Assembly: GCA_013265495.1 (NCBI GenBank)
Contig: MU057781.1
Coordinates: forward strand, 248,001-312,000
DNA: 64,000 nucleotides
Reading direction: 5' to 3'
Origin: Vicugna vicugna
Taxonomy: Eukaryota
In this document: in pieces, positions 11,545 through 21,810 of the stretch
Position numbering within the stretch: position 1 is the first letter of the stretch
How the letters are laid out: every line of letters begins with the position of its first letter
Notes under the pieces: generated by a model
What the model was told of the DNA's origin: nothing
The model's input: only the letters and a program-made list of their open reading frames with translations
The model's database searches: none
Made by a program: the position numbers and the translations under genes

Positions 11545-13980
11545 TCTCAGCACCTTAAAACCCACCACTGCACGTGCACAAGGCCCCGATTTTCAGCAGA
11601 TTTGTAAACCACACAGCCATCGCCACAAACCAGCTTTAGAACATTTCCATTGCCCCCAAAACTCCCTCCTGCCCACCCCAAGTCGACCCGGATCCCACCC
11701 CAGTCCCAGAAACCTCTTGTCTGTTTTTTTCCGTCTCTACAAGCAAGGCTGTTCGGGACGCGTCACAGGACGGGCTCATCCGCTGCGCAGACGTCTGTGC
11801 CAGGCTTAGAGCTCGTGCTCAGCCTGAAGGCTCCGAGGCCTGGCCGGCGGCGGCCATTCACCCCGTCACGGCTGCGTAGCGCTCCACGGCTCAGCTTTAG
11901 CGCCGACTTTATCTATTTATTTTACGAGTTTACGCACCTTTAGGCCGTTTCCGGTCTGGGGAGCTCGTGAGCGAGGCTGCAGAGAGCCTCATGCCGGCGA
12001 TTCCACGCGGAGAGGAGCTCCCAGGGGTGGGCTTGCCGGGCGGGACGGCGAGCGTGGGTGCGGCGCTCTGAGAGGCGGCGAGCGACTTCCCAGCGGCCGC
12101 GGCGTCTCGCCTGGTCCTCCCAGCAGCGCGGGAGCGCTGGGCTCCTCCGCGTCCTGCCTGCGCTCCGTCCGGCTGTGGCTTCCTCCAGAGCCACGTGCAG
12201 CTTGCGGCGTCTTCTCGGTGTGGTTTTAATGTGCGTTTTGCTAATGGCTGATGAAGCTGAGCACCTTTGCAGCTGTTTTTCGGCCATTTGTGTGTTTTCT
12301 TTAGTGAAATGGCTACTCAAACCTTCTGATCATTTGTTTTTTAAATTGAGTGGCTTAGCCCCTGGAGCTGTAAGAATTCTTTATGTATTTTGGATGCAGG
12401 CTTTTTGTCAGAAATATGATTTACAAACATTTCTTCCCAGTTCTGCCGTGTATTTTCATTTTCTTAATGCTGTCTCTTGAAGCACAGACTTTTTAATTTT
12501 AATACAGTCAGAATTCTCTTTCTTTTATGGGCCATGCCTCTGTGTTTGTATCTAAGAACTAATTCTTTACTTAACCCAAGATCATGCAGAATTTAGCCTG
12601 TATTTTAGTCAGAATGTCTGCAGTTTTACGCTAAATTTATGAGCCAGTTTGAATTAATTTTTGTATGTGGCTGGAGATAAAAATACTTTTTTTGCACGAT
12701 GATGCAGAATTACTGAGAAGACCGTTTTCCGCTCTGGATTACCTGTGTACCGTTGTTGAAAATCTATTGGCCGCGGAAGTAAGGATTTAGTTCTAGACTC
12801 TGAATTCCGTTCGACTGACCTGTGTGCCTCCGCCACACCAGTGCACACTGCTCGCTCCTTCCCGGTTGCTACGGCTTTATAGCAGTTTGGGCATAAAGCA
12901 GAGTAAGTCTTCCAGCTGTGTTCTTCCTTCCCCAAGGTATTTGATCATCCTGTGACCTTTATACGTCCTTATGCATTTCAGGGTCACCTTGTCAGCATCT
13001 GGTACGCACAGCTAGCAGGGGTTATGTTGACTCGACAGGTCGGCTTCGGGAGAAAGGCCGTCTCGGCGGCCGCGTCCCCCATCCACGAACACGGGCTGTC
13101 TTCGTCTACGTGGCACCTCCTTCAGTTTGCTCGGCTGTCCGTTGCGCTGTCCAGTGTGCAGCCTTGCAGTTCCTTCGTTAAAATCCCTCCTAAGCATTTT
13201 GCTCTTCTGCTGCTGTTATGAGTGGAAAATGGAACAGTTTTCCTAACTTCGTTTTCAGCTTGTTCGCGGCTCCCATGTAGAAACACACTCGATTTCTGAT
13301 ATTGATCCTATGCTGTGCCACGTCGCTGAGCTCGCTTTTTATTTTAGTGGTTTTTTCCTGAAATCTTGAGCATTTTCCTCGTACGAGGCCGTGTTGTCGT
13401 CATGTGAGGGTGGTTTTGCCTCTTCCCCAGGCTCAGTGCCTCTGACGCTGCTCTGTGTGGCTGGGCTGGCTGGACCCTGCAGCCCCTAATTGCGCAGCAG
13501 CAGTGAGAGCAGATCTCTTGCCTGTTCCTGACACAGCGGCACGCAGCCCGCCTTCCACCACCGGGGGATGCGAGCTGAGAGATTTCAGTACATGTCCTTT
13601 TCCACGTTGAGAACGTTCCCTTCTATTCCTAGCTAATTATGTGTGTTTTGCCCCAAATGGATGATGGACTTGTCAAATGCTTTTTCTGCATCCCTGGAGA
13701 TGGTCATGTTGGATTTTGTCCCCTGTTCTATTAATATGATTTACTTCCCTAATTCATTTTTAGGTGTTATACCAGCCTTGTGTTCTTGGAGTAGATCCCA
13801 CTTGGAAATCGATCTGTTTGGTACGTGCGAGATCCGGCTTGCTAACACTTTGCTAAGGCTGTTCGCATCAGGGGTCACGAGGGACGCTGGCCTGCAGTGT
13901 TCTTTTTCCGTGGTGTTTTTCTCTGGCTTCGGCCTCAGAGTAACCCTGGATCTGCAGGGTGAAAGGCTGGAGGGAATCTG
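11545..13980 (-). mobile_element. Old L1 (L1MB-like): 3' UTR plus 3' half of ORF2 (RT and C-terminal region), antisense
   Basis: Track ORF 11940..12320(-) reads SSHFTKENTQMAEKQLQRCSASSAISKTHIKTT, matching the L1 ORF2p C-terminal segment recalled as [33 protein letters not shown]. The DNA continues as typical antisense ORF2, e.g. GTCAAATGCTTTTTCTGCATCCCTGGAGATGGTCATG near 13670. No intact ORF. Confidence 0.9.
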
Positions 13981-13984
13981 GACT

Positions 13985-14850
13985 CGTCCCCCCTCACGAG
14001 GGTCGCTGGCTCTGCTGCGTGTTTGTTTAGTGTCCTTCCTGGGTCACTGTGGCATCTGTTTCCCCCGGAGCATGCAGCCAGTGACATCTTGTTTGTCCTG
14101 TTTAGGGTTTTTGTTTGTTGTTCCTTTCTCAGCCTGGCTTCCCCGTGGTCGCCCCCGCATCTGCGCAGCTTGTGGTCAACTAACGACTGGTCAGATCCGG
14201 GCCCAGACGCCTGGCCCAGTGACGCTTCCCCTCCCTGCCGATGAGTCTGTCTCTGGGTTGGGAGTGCATTCAAAGTTCAGGCCGTTTCAAGCCTGAAACC
14301 CACCCCTACGATCCACTGAGCCCTGTAGGTCTTTGCTGTGCCGGCTCCCAGGGAGATCAGCGATGGTGGGGGGGCCTGACGGTGTTTTTTCTGTCTCCCT
14401 GTTGAATTTCCGGCCTGTCTGTGGTCTGTCCCAAGCAGACCAGCCATCTCGGACCAGGAGAACAGCTGGCCGTCCCCGTTCACTCAGCCCCGAGACTGCT
14501 GTGATCTCAGACAAGGCCAACGTGCAGGGAATTTTTGCCTCCTGACCCAGTTCCAGCCGGCCCCCTCCAGCAGTGAAGCTGTCAGGGGTTCACTGGCTGC
14601 CTTGACCTGTTAGAACCACCAGACAGACAGAGTCGCAGGGGAGGGGACCGGAGCCAGTCCACCTCGGATCCCCCCCGTTCTTACACAGACTTCAGCAGGT
14701 TTTCAAGAACAAGCACATCTCAGCGTGGTGGACGGGTTTGGCCGGCTTCCCGGGCAGAGGATTGGTGGTTGTGATCATGTGGCAGGTTGCGGTTCCTTCT
14801 CCGGGAGAGGACTGGAGGCCCCCCAGCCGCAGCCCCGGGGCTGACACCTG
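13985..14850 (-). mobile_element. L1 5' UTR-like segment (L1M-type 5' end), probably the same element with ORF1 and the endonuclease deleted
   Basis: TGTTTGTTTAGTGTCCTTCCTGGG (~14020), GCTTGTGGTCAACTAACGACTGGTCAGA (~14168) and GTTCTTACACAGACTTCAGCAGGTTTTCAAGAACAAG (~14678) resemble recalled antisense L1MA/L1MB 5'-end consensus. Boundaries are approximate. Confidence 0.5.
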
Positions 14851-16259
14851 CTCCCACTGTACCTCTGAGTCAGGACATCTGGGTGTGTGTCTGCGCCCTG
14901 CTCCGAGCCAGCTGCGGGGCTTTAGGCAGAGCGCCGTGCGCCTCCGCTGACGCAGGAAGACCGCGTCCGACAGCGGCGTGTGTGGCTCACGCCCGGCTCT
15001 GTCACCGCGCGCAGCCAGCGACGCATGTTCTTGATCAGCTTCAGTTATGAACCCCAGCTGCAGGAATGGTGTCAGGACCACTCAGCCCTGGCGCATCTTA
15101 GAACATCCGTCCTCCCTTCCAGACGAAAGCTTGGACCCACGTAACTCTCCCCTTCCCTCTCAAAACCGTCATGAGTCCCCGCTGGGTGGGCATCCCCCGC
15201 TGCGCTGAGAGCACGGATCAGCCGACGCCGAGCATGGCTGCCCCCCGGGTGCGTCTCACACCTCCGAGTTTCGGGCGGAGCGCTCCTGAGCACCCCCCTT
15301 TCCTCCACGGCTGCCGGCTTTGTCGTCAGTGTGACCACACCCATGGCCGTGCTCGTGTGTCCTTAGGCACCAGGAGGCTGTGGTTACTTGTCTCAACGTG
15401 GTAACGCCGGTTTTAGAGCTGTTAAGTCCAGTTTTTAACCAGTGTGTCTCTGTCCCTCTCTCCCTGCCGCGCTCACACCCACACCCCCTCCCCACTGCCC
15501 CTGCCATTTCTTGCTCAGGCTCCGGTCTGTTCCGCCCGTCAGCTGCCAGCTCTGTACCTGCCCCTTGCCGCCCCCCCATGACAGGTGGACGCTAACGAGC
15601 CGCCAGGGGTCTTGTGTTCACGGTGGGCTCACGCGCTGGGACACGGTGTGATTCAAAGGAAGCCCTTCAACTCACCAGCATCCTTAAGGTCACCTCTAAC
15701 TGAGACCGGAGGGACGGGGGCAGGGCACAGCCACTCAAGGAATGGCACAGCAACTAGCACCCAGACGGGGGAGACTCAGCTCCCAGGAGGCCGTGAGCTT
15801 CCGTATCCGCCCGGTGTAACACGACGGCTGCCGACTGGCCCTCCCACGCGCCAGGACAGCCCCCGGGCTGGCCCTGAGAGGTCAAACGGGGGCGGTGGCC
15901 CGGGGCCTGGGAAGCCCCGCCCCTTCCCCAGAGCGGTTGGAGCAAACCTCCCACTTGTTAGCCTGTGAAGTTACTGAGCCCATAGAACCAGCGGCCCCCG
16001 CACCTCGTGGCCGCTCCCCTTCTGAGCGAGACAGCTGCACGCTGCCCGCGGGGTGCGCGTCCCTGAGTCAGCCTACCTTCACTCAGCTGCGGCTCACTCT
16101 TGGATTCTTTCCTGTAGGAAGCCAGGACCCACGTGTGGCGGGACGTGCCCCAGGGGCTCATCTGAGACCTAGGACACGCCCGTCCTCGCGCCCCTCATTT
16201 CCCTGTGCATCACTACACTTGAGTGTCCCACTGAGAAATGGTCTTCGCTCCCATAGATC

Positions 16260-16700
16260 ACCGCAGTAAACTGACAGCTGTTTGCACGAATAACTGGGCC
16301 ATTTTTTTAAAGCAGTTCCCTGCAGCTCATCAATTACAGGTACAGCCCATTAGGAGCGTTTGGGGCTGCCTCTTGCTGCTCTGTGCGGCCTGCCTCTCTC
16401 CACATCCATCTTTCGATCCATCTTTTACTCGCTATACAATTGGTTTCATTTACATTTTATACTTGATGTATTCGGCATCAAGTTGATCTGCTGGAACATA
16501 TGTGCGCTGTGCTAAATCACCCTGATGTTATTGTGGCAAACTGTTAATGAGGCGGACCGGGTGAGCACAAGAGGGCTTAGCCTAAGCTGCTTCTCTAAGA
16601 ATTCTCTATTTTCATTTTTTCTTAATTTTTGTTTCTCACTGTCCTGCAACTTAAATACCTTTATGCATTTAATTGCATGCACCCCTGAATTTTTAAAAAG
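16260..16700. promoter_or_regulatory. Candidate conserved non-coding element
   Basis: Seen: AT-rich non-repetitive island with TGACAG 16272-16277 overlapping E-box CAGCTG 16275-16280, and several TAAT/ATTA cores. Conservation is untested. Confidence 0.3.
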
Positions 16701-17949
16701 ACCCTAAGTTTTTTTTAATGTTTAAAAGAGGAGCAGGGAGTGCCGACGCCCTGGTTACAACAGAGCTCTGTGTCTTGCAGGCTGTCGCCGCTGGGGGAAC
16801 CTGGGTAAAGAGGGCGTGGAACCCCTCCGTAGGGCTTCTGACAACTGGTGCGCATCTACAATTACCTGGCAACAACAAGTGTAACGGGAAAGATGCGTTC
16901 CGGAGGGAAAAGCCTGCCGCCAGCAAACGCTTAGGTTTTCAAGCGCTTGCTGCTCACAGCACGACTCACGGGCACGTGCGTCTGGCTCCCCCGCCTCCCC
17001 AGCTCTCTCTGGGTTTCACTCCTCAGGGTGCAAGTGGTCAGGTGTCGCCACTCGACACCCTGGGGGTGGGGGGGCCAGGGCTGGAGGCTGTCTGGGCCTG
17101 GAGGACAAGCCCACCTGCTCCGGGAGGTGCCGATGCAGGACTGAGCCGGGCGGGCACCGGGGCTGGGCTCGGGTTAGGCTCTGCCGGGCGTGGTGGGCGG
17201 GACCCCCGGGGCCTGCAGCGCTTTGAGCCCTGCACCCTCACTCTCCAGACTCGTCCAGCAGGCGAGGGGAGAGGTGTCGCTGGGAGGTGAGACGTCCCGG
17301 AATCTGAGGCGCAGCAGCTGTTTGCTGCTGACATCCTCGGTGCACAGGGTGCTACGTTCCCACAGAGAGTTCTCCGTGTGCTGGGAACGCCGTGCACCTG
17401 CGGGGGGCGTTGCCCCTGGGAGCAGAGCCCCGCAGACGTTCGTGGGGGACCTGCCTCCATCCTGCAGTCAGTGCTTTACCAGGAGCATCCGTGAGCTCCT
17501 GCCTCAGTGAGTCATCAGAAGGTCCCGTGGATTCTGACTCCAAAAGGTACTCGGCCTCCGCGCCGCTCACCTGCACTCGCGATGGTTCCTCCCCATCCTC
17601 CCCGTCCCTCAGGAAGGCCTAGAAACTTCCACTTTGCTCTCTTGAAGACCGGAGGAGAGGCCCCTCAGGAAGCCCACGCACCCTGCTGGGGGGCCACCCG
17701 TCGAGGTGACAAGGAGAAGTGAAGGGGGAGACCCTGGACCACCCCCGCCCTGCCTGCTGAGTGCAGACCGAGTGATGCCCTGCAGGGGCACCTCCCGACT
17801 GCGGAGCTGCGAGCCAGTGAAGGGGCAACACTTCTGCGGAGCCTCGGTGCCCAGCCGGCTGGACACCCTGACACGTGTGAGTGGTGACATATGGACAGTG
17901 ACCCCACATACGGGAGACCGTGGATGCCAGGCCACAGGCTGTCCACTCG

Positions 17950-18225
17950 AGAAGGGCCACCAGAGGTGTCCACTAAGGGGTCCAAACAGTGAGGCCACAT
18001 GACCGAGCCTGTGCTGGGGGAAGACACGGCTGACGGTGGTCAGACTGAGGACACAGCACAGAGATGAGGCTGAGACCAGTGGAAAGGCTCTGCGGGAGGC
18101 GGAGGGGACGGGGTCTCGCCTCCTGGACAGCACGGAGGCAGGAGATCTTCCACTTCAGGGACACATCAGCAGAAGGGTGCATTTCCATCTGTCCCTGTGG
18201 CTCCAACAGTCCTGTCCTGAATACA
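17950..18225 (+). mobile_element. MLT1-like (ERVL-MaLR) LTR remnant
   Basis: The end CTGTCCCTGTGGCTCCAACAGTCCTGTCCTGAATACA resembles the recalled MLT1 3' terminus (...CTGTCACTTGCAACCAAAAGAGTCCTGACTAATACA). The 5' boundary is uncertain. Confidence 0.35.
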
Positions 18226-19639
18226 GAAAGACCGTCCATTCCAAGAGGTGCCCCAGTCAGGGTGTAGGTGTGGTGGAGCCCAGAGCCATGCCAGCTCAGC
18301 TGGTTCACCCTGGGAGGTGACACCCTGTCCCCCGGGTGAGCCTGACTCACCCAGGTGGCCGGCGTGGGGCCACTGGGCTCCCGCTTCTGGGACTTTCCTG
18401 GACCACAGCGACGGAACCTGTGTTCGGGGAGGGACAGGAGGGGGGTGGCTGAGCGATGGCAGTGGGGAAGGTCACACTGTCCAGTGTCTTGAACAGGCAC
18501 CAGACACCCTCTGCGTTCTCCACATCTCTGACAAGGACACGAAGGCCTCTGATCGTCCCCCGGTTCAAGGAGCCGGTCAGCAGGGCCACACCCGACAATC
18601 GGAGCAGACAGGAGTCCCCTGGCTGTGCGGGCTGCGGGGTCCTCCGCGATCTCCCAGGGCCCTTCCGGATTCCCCAAGCCAGCTGCACACACACCCTCCC
18701 CAAACCCACAGGCAACGTTCTGTTTCAAAGGCGCTGAGGAGGGCTGGCTTCAGGGCATGAGTGTCTCCAGCAGGAAACAAGGGGGACATCTGAGAAATTC
18801 TGAAATGACACATACACCCGAACACAGGCGAGTCACGGAGGGGGCTCAAGGGGCACATCAGGGGGAAGGCCGGTCCTTGGGGGCCTCTGCATCCGTGGTG
18901 GCCAGCCCGAGCTGGGGCAGCCTCCTCAGGGAGGCCCGTCTCCGTGTCAGAGGCCAGGGGAGACGCACGAGCTGTGATGAAGGTGGCGCCTGTCCTGGCC
19001 CACGAGACAGGCATTCGTCTATGCGGGCTTTAAAGCTAAGCCCCTGGAATGCTCTCCGCCCCCAGCCCGCCCGCCCGCCCGGCCGGCCAGGTGAGCGAGG
19101 CGGCGCCCCGAGCCAACCTGCCGGGGTCCTGGCCCTAACTGAGCACCTCCCTGCGCCCAGCCCCTGTCAGCGGCGCCTGCGCTGGCCGGCTGGGGTGATT
19201 ACACGCAGGCGCTGTGGTGAACAGTCAGTAAGGCACTGGGTACCTGTCCTGCCGTACGTGCTGGTGACACTGAAACCACGCCAGAGCAAGCCGGCCAGCA
19301 GTCGGAAACAGGAGCGTCCCTCCGGCGCGTCAGCCACCCCTCCTGGCGGCGGCCCCTCCACATGGAGCTGTGGAGACGTCTCAGGGACGGTGAGGACGGC
19401 CCTCGCCGGGAGGGTTCTGGCCGCGTCGCACGGCGTGGACACTCACGGTTAACACCATTCCTGGGACTGGGTGGCCACGCCGGAAGCAGGCGCGAGCTGA
19501 CCCCACACAAGAGAACCTGCTGTGATCTGATCTCACGTCTGGCCCACGGACATCTCCCTCCTCCTAAAACCTGCAGTTTTCTCATTATTTCCACATGAAC
19601 ACAACTCATCCAGGTGAGCGCACAGCCTTCCATCGCCAG

Positions 19640-19770
19640 CTTCGCAACAGCCCGTGACGACCCACTGCCTGCTGGGTGGCCTTGAGCACAGTGCTCAACC
19701 TCTCTGGGCTGCGGATGCCTTACTAACAGCGCCCCCTCAGGGCTCCACGCTGGGCGAGCGGGTGACACGT
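19640..19770 (+). mobile_element. MIR remnant
   Basis: GCTGGGTGGCCTTGAGCACAGTGCTCAACCTCTCTGGGC resembles the MIR core GCTGTGTGACCTTGGGCAAGTTACTTAACCTCTCTGAGC. Confidence 0.45.
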
Positions 19771-20589
19771 GGGCTTGTGTAGCTGGCCACCTGCAGAGGG
19801 TGGGGGCCGAGGGCATGGCTCCTCCCCAGCGCCAGCCACACCGGGAGCACAGGACACACCAAGGTGACACGTGGACCCCATCTCTTCCCAACATTTCATC
19901 GTTCCCCTGAAGCCAGGTTCACCGAGGCGCCGGGTGGGCATGATGGGGGAGCTCCCTGACATCATGTCAGTTTCCTTCAACCCCGAGGGACTGGGTTCAG
20001 GTCACGGTTTGTCTGTGGCCACAGGCACCAGCACGTTCCCGAGTGGAAGAGCCGCTGGTCCCAGGGAACCAGGGGCTGCAGAGAAGCCCAGCCAGTCTCC
20101 CTGAGATGCACACACTGGGGCCCCTCAGGCCAGCCAGGACCCCCGGTCCACGCTGGAGGCCTGGGCCTTCTGAGAGCAGCTGGGTGTTTACTCAGCACCC
20201 AGCACAACTGTGTAAACGTTTTCATCCATAACAGAAGCCTCACAACACACTGTCTAAACTACAAGATGGATGGAACGCTCAGGACCTCCGGCGGGGCTGT
20301 AAGTGGCGGCAGAGGGTCAGTGCTCACTCGACAGTCCAGCAGCAGGTGACACGCGCTCCCCGGAGGAGCTTCCAGAGCGTCGTCTCCGAGCCCCGGCCCT
20401 GCCGATGCCCCCGTGGGCGCTTTGCGGAACAGCAAATGCAGACCGGGTCACCGCGTGCTCCTGGTGCCCGTCCCAGTGCCTCCACCCGCCCCAGGCGCCC
20501 TTTGCTCTCAGTGCTGATGGTCGTCGGCGAGTCCCCAGGGCACCTGGGACAAGCAGTGAAGTTGCACAGCCTCGCCCAGGTCAGCCCAC

Positions 20590-20685
20590 ACCCCGGCCTC
20601 GGGTTCCTCTCTGTAAAAGGGAAGTGGGGTGCCAATCCCGAGGCTGTGGTCAGGCTCGAGCCAGTGACCCCTGCACGGAGAAAGG
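20590..20685 (+). mobile_element. MIR remnant
   Basis: GCCTCGGGTTCCTCTCTGTAAAAGGGAAGTGGGG resembles MIR GCCTCAGTTTCCTCATCTGTAAAATGGGG. Confidence 0.55.
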
Positions 20686-20751
20686 AAGGGAGCCAGAGGG
20701 GTGGAGGGGCTTGCACGTTGCCTACTGTGACAGGTAGTGTCTGGGGTCAGG

Positions 20752-20835
20752 CAGCTGCCCCAGGTCACACGGCAGCCGACAACCGGGCTAGGGTTTGAAT
20801 TTGGATCAGTCTGGATCCCAGTCCCAGACTTTTCC
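20752..20835 (-). mobile_element. MIR remnant
   Basis: CTGCCCAGGTCACACGGCAGCCGACAACCGGGCTAGGGTTTGAATTTGGATCAGTCTGGATCCCAG resembles antisense MIR TTGCCCAAGGTCACACAGC...GGATTTGAACCCAGGCAGTCTGGCTCCAG. Confidence 0.6.
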
Positions 20836-21047
20836 GCTGAGTGACACAGTCTCCTTTTAAAGGCCGGCCGTTCACAGACCTGCCCTTAGACCTGTCTGCG
20901 GGGCGCGGCAGGGGACAACGCTGCCCGGGAGACCTGGTGGCGCCAGGCGCCCAGGGGAGGGAGCGGGCTCACGGCTGCTTGCTGTTTGAAGCCATGGCGA
21001 TGTGGTCCAGCTGTGTGTGCAGGCGGGGGAGGGCTTTTGGTTTGGGC

Positions 21048-21182
21048 TTTTTTTAGCTCTTATTTGTTTATTTGGGGGGGGTAACTAGGCTTACTCATCT
21101 ATTGATTTCATGGCGGCACTGGCTTGAACCCGGGACCCCATGTGTGCTAGGCACGCGCCCTACGCCGCGACGTGCCCTCCCC
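21048..21182 (-). mobile_element. Camelid tRNA-derived SINE (Vic-1-like)
   Basis: Seen: TTTGGGGGGGGTAACTAGGCTTACTCATCTATTGATTTCATGGCGGCACTGGCTTGAACCCGGGACCCCATGTGTGCTAGGCACGCGCCCTAC...CCCTCCCC. The reverse complement starts GGGGAGGG, carries a B-box-like GGTTCAAG and ends with the CCTAGTTACCCCCCCC-A-rich tail I recall for the Vic-1 SINE. Flanks share GGGCTT (degenerate TSD). This is the main evidence for a camelid origin. Confidence 0.8.
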
Positions 21183-21719
21183 GGGCTTCGGTTTTAACAT
21201 AGTTTCCTCGTCCACTGAGCTCTCACAGCCCAACGAGATTCGCATCAGAGACGCCGTGTCCCAGAGATGTGGAAATAGCGAGTGTCTGCGGCCGAGTGAG
21301 TGAGCGCGTGGGTCAGAGCTGCTCCTCAGACCGGTAGAGCCCGGCTGCGTTCGTTGGCGTTCGTTGTTCACCGCAGCGTGACCTGAGTAAGTCACAGGCG
21401 GCGCTCCAGGCAGATGCCGCTTGTCGCATCCCGCTCGTCCGATCCTGTAAACGATTTTGGCGCCGGGGAAAAAGAGGGTGTCTTTCAAGTGCAATTATAA
21501 GGTGGGAACCACACAAAACCACAGCCCACTGTTAGGCGGCTAAAATGTGCCTGCTCTCGGTGCAGCTGACGCCACGGGGACCCCGCCGCCACCAGGAAGG
21601 GTGTAATGGGCCCGTGTCTAGTGAGGAGAGCAGAAATGACCCCTCTAACAAGTGTGAGTCCACCTGTGGCTGCTGAAACCTGCCAGGAAGATTGTTGTTG
21701 GGCATTTAGCAGAGCTCTG

Positions 21720-21810
21720 TTTTGCCAATAGATAAATGACAGTTAAATGACACCAATTACAATAAATTGCACATTTATTAGAATGAACGCTGTCCTTGCT
21801 GATAAGTTCA
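21720..21810. promoter_or_regulatory. Short candidate enhancer core (TALE/homeobox/GATA motif cluster)
   Basis: Seen: TAAATGACA twice at an 11-bp period (21733, 21744), TGACAG 21737-21742, CAATTA, AGATAA and TGATAAG within 90 AT-rich bp. Function is untested. Confidence 0.3.

Noticed and set aside
13643-14296. 217-aa ORF with hydrophobic, protein-like composition
   Set aside because: Its first half is the antisense reading of decayed L1 ORF2 and the rest is probably L1 5' UTR, so it is not a host gene.
21120-21182. tRNA-like A/B-box sequence on the minus strand
   Set aside because: It is the head of a tRNA-derived SINE with a family-specific tail, not a tRNA gene.
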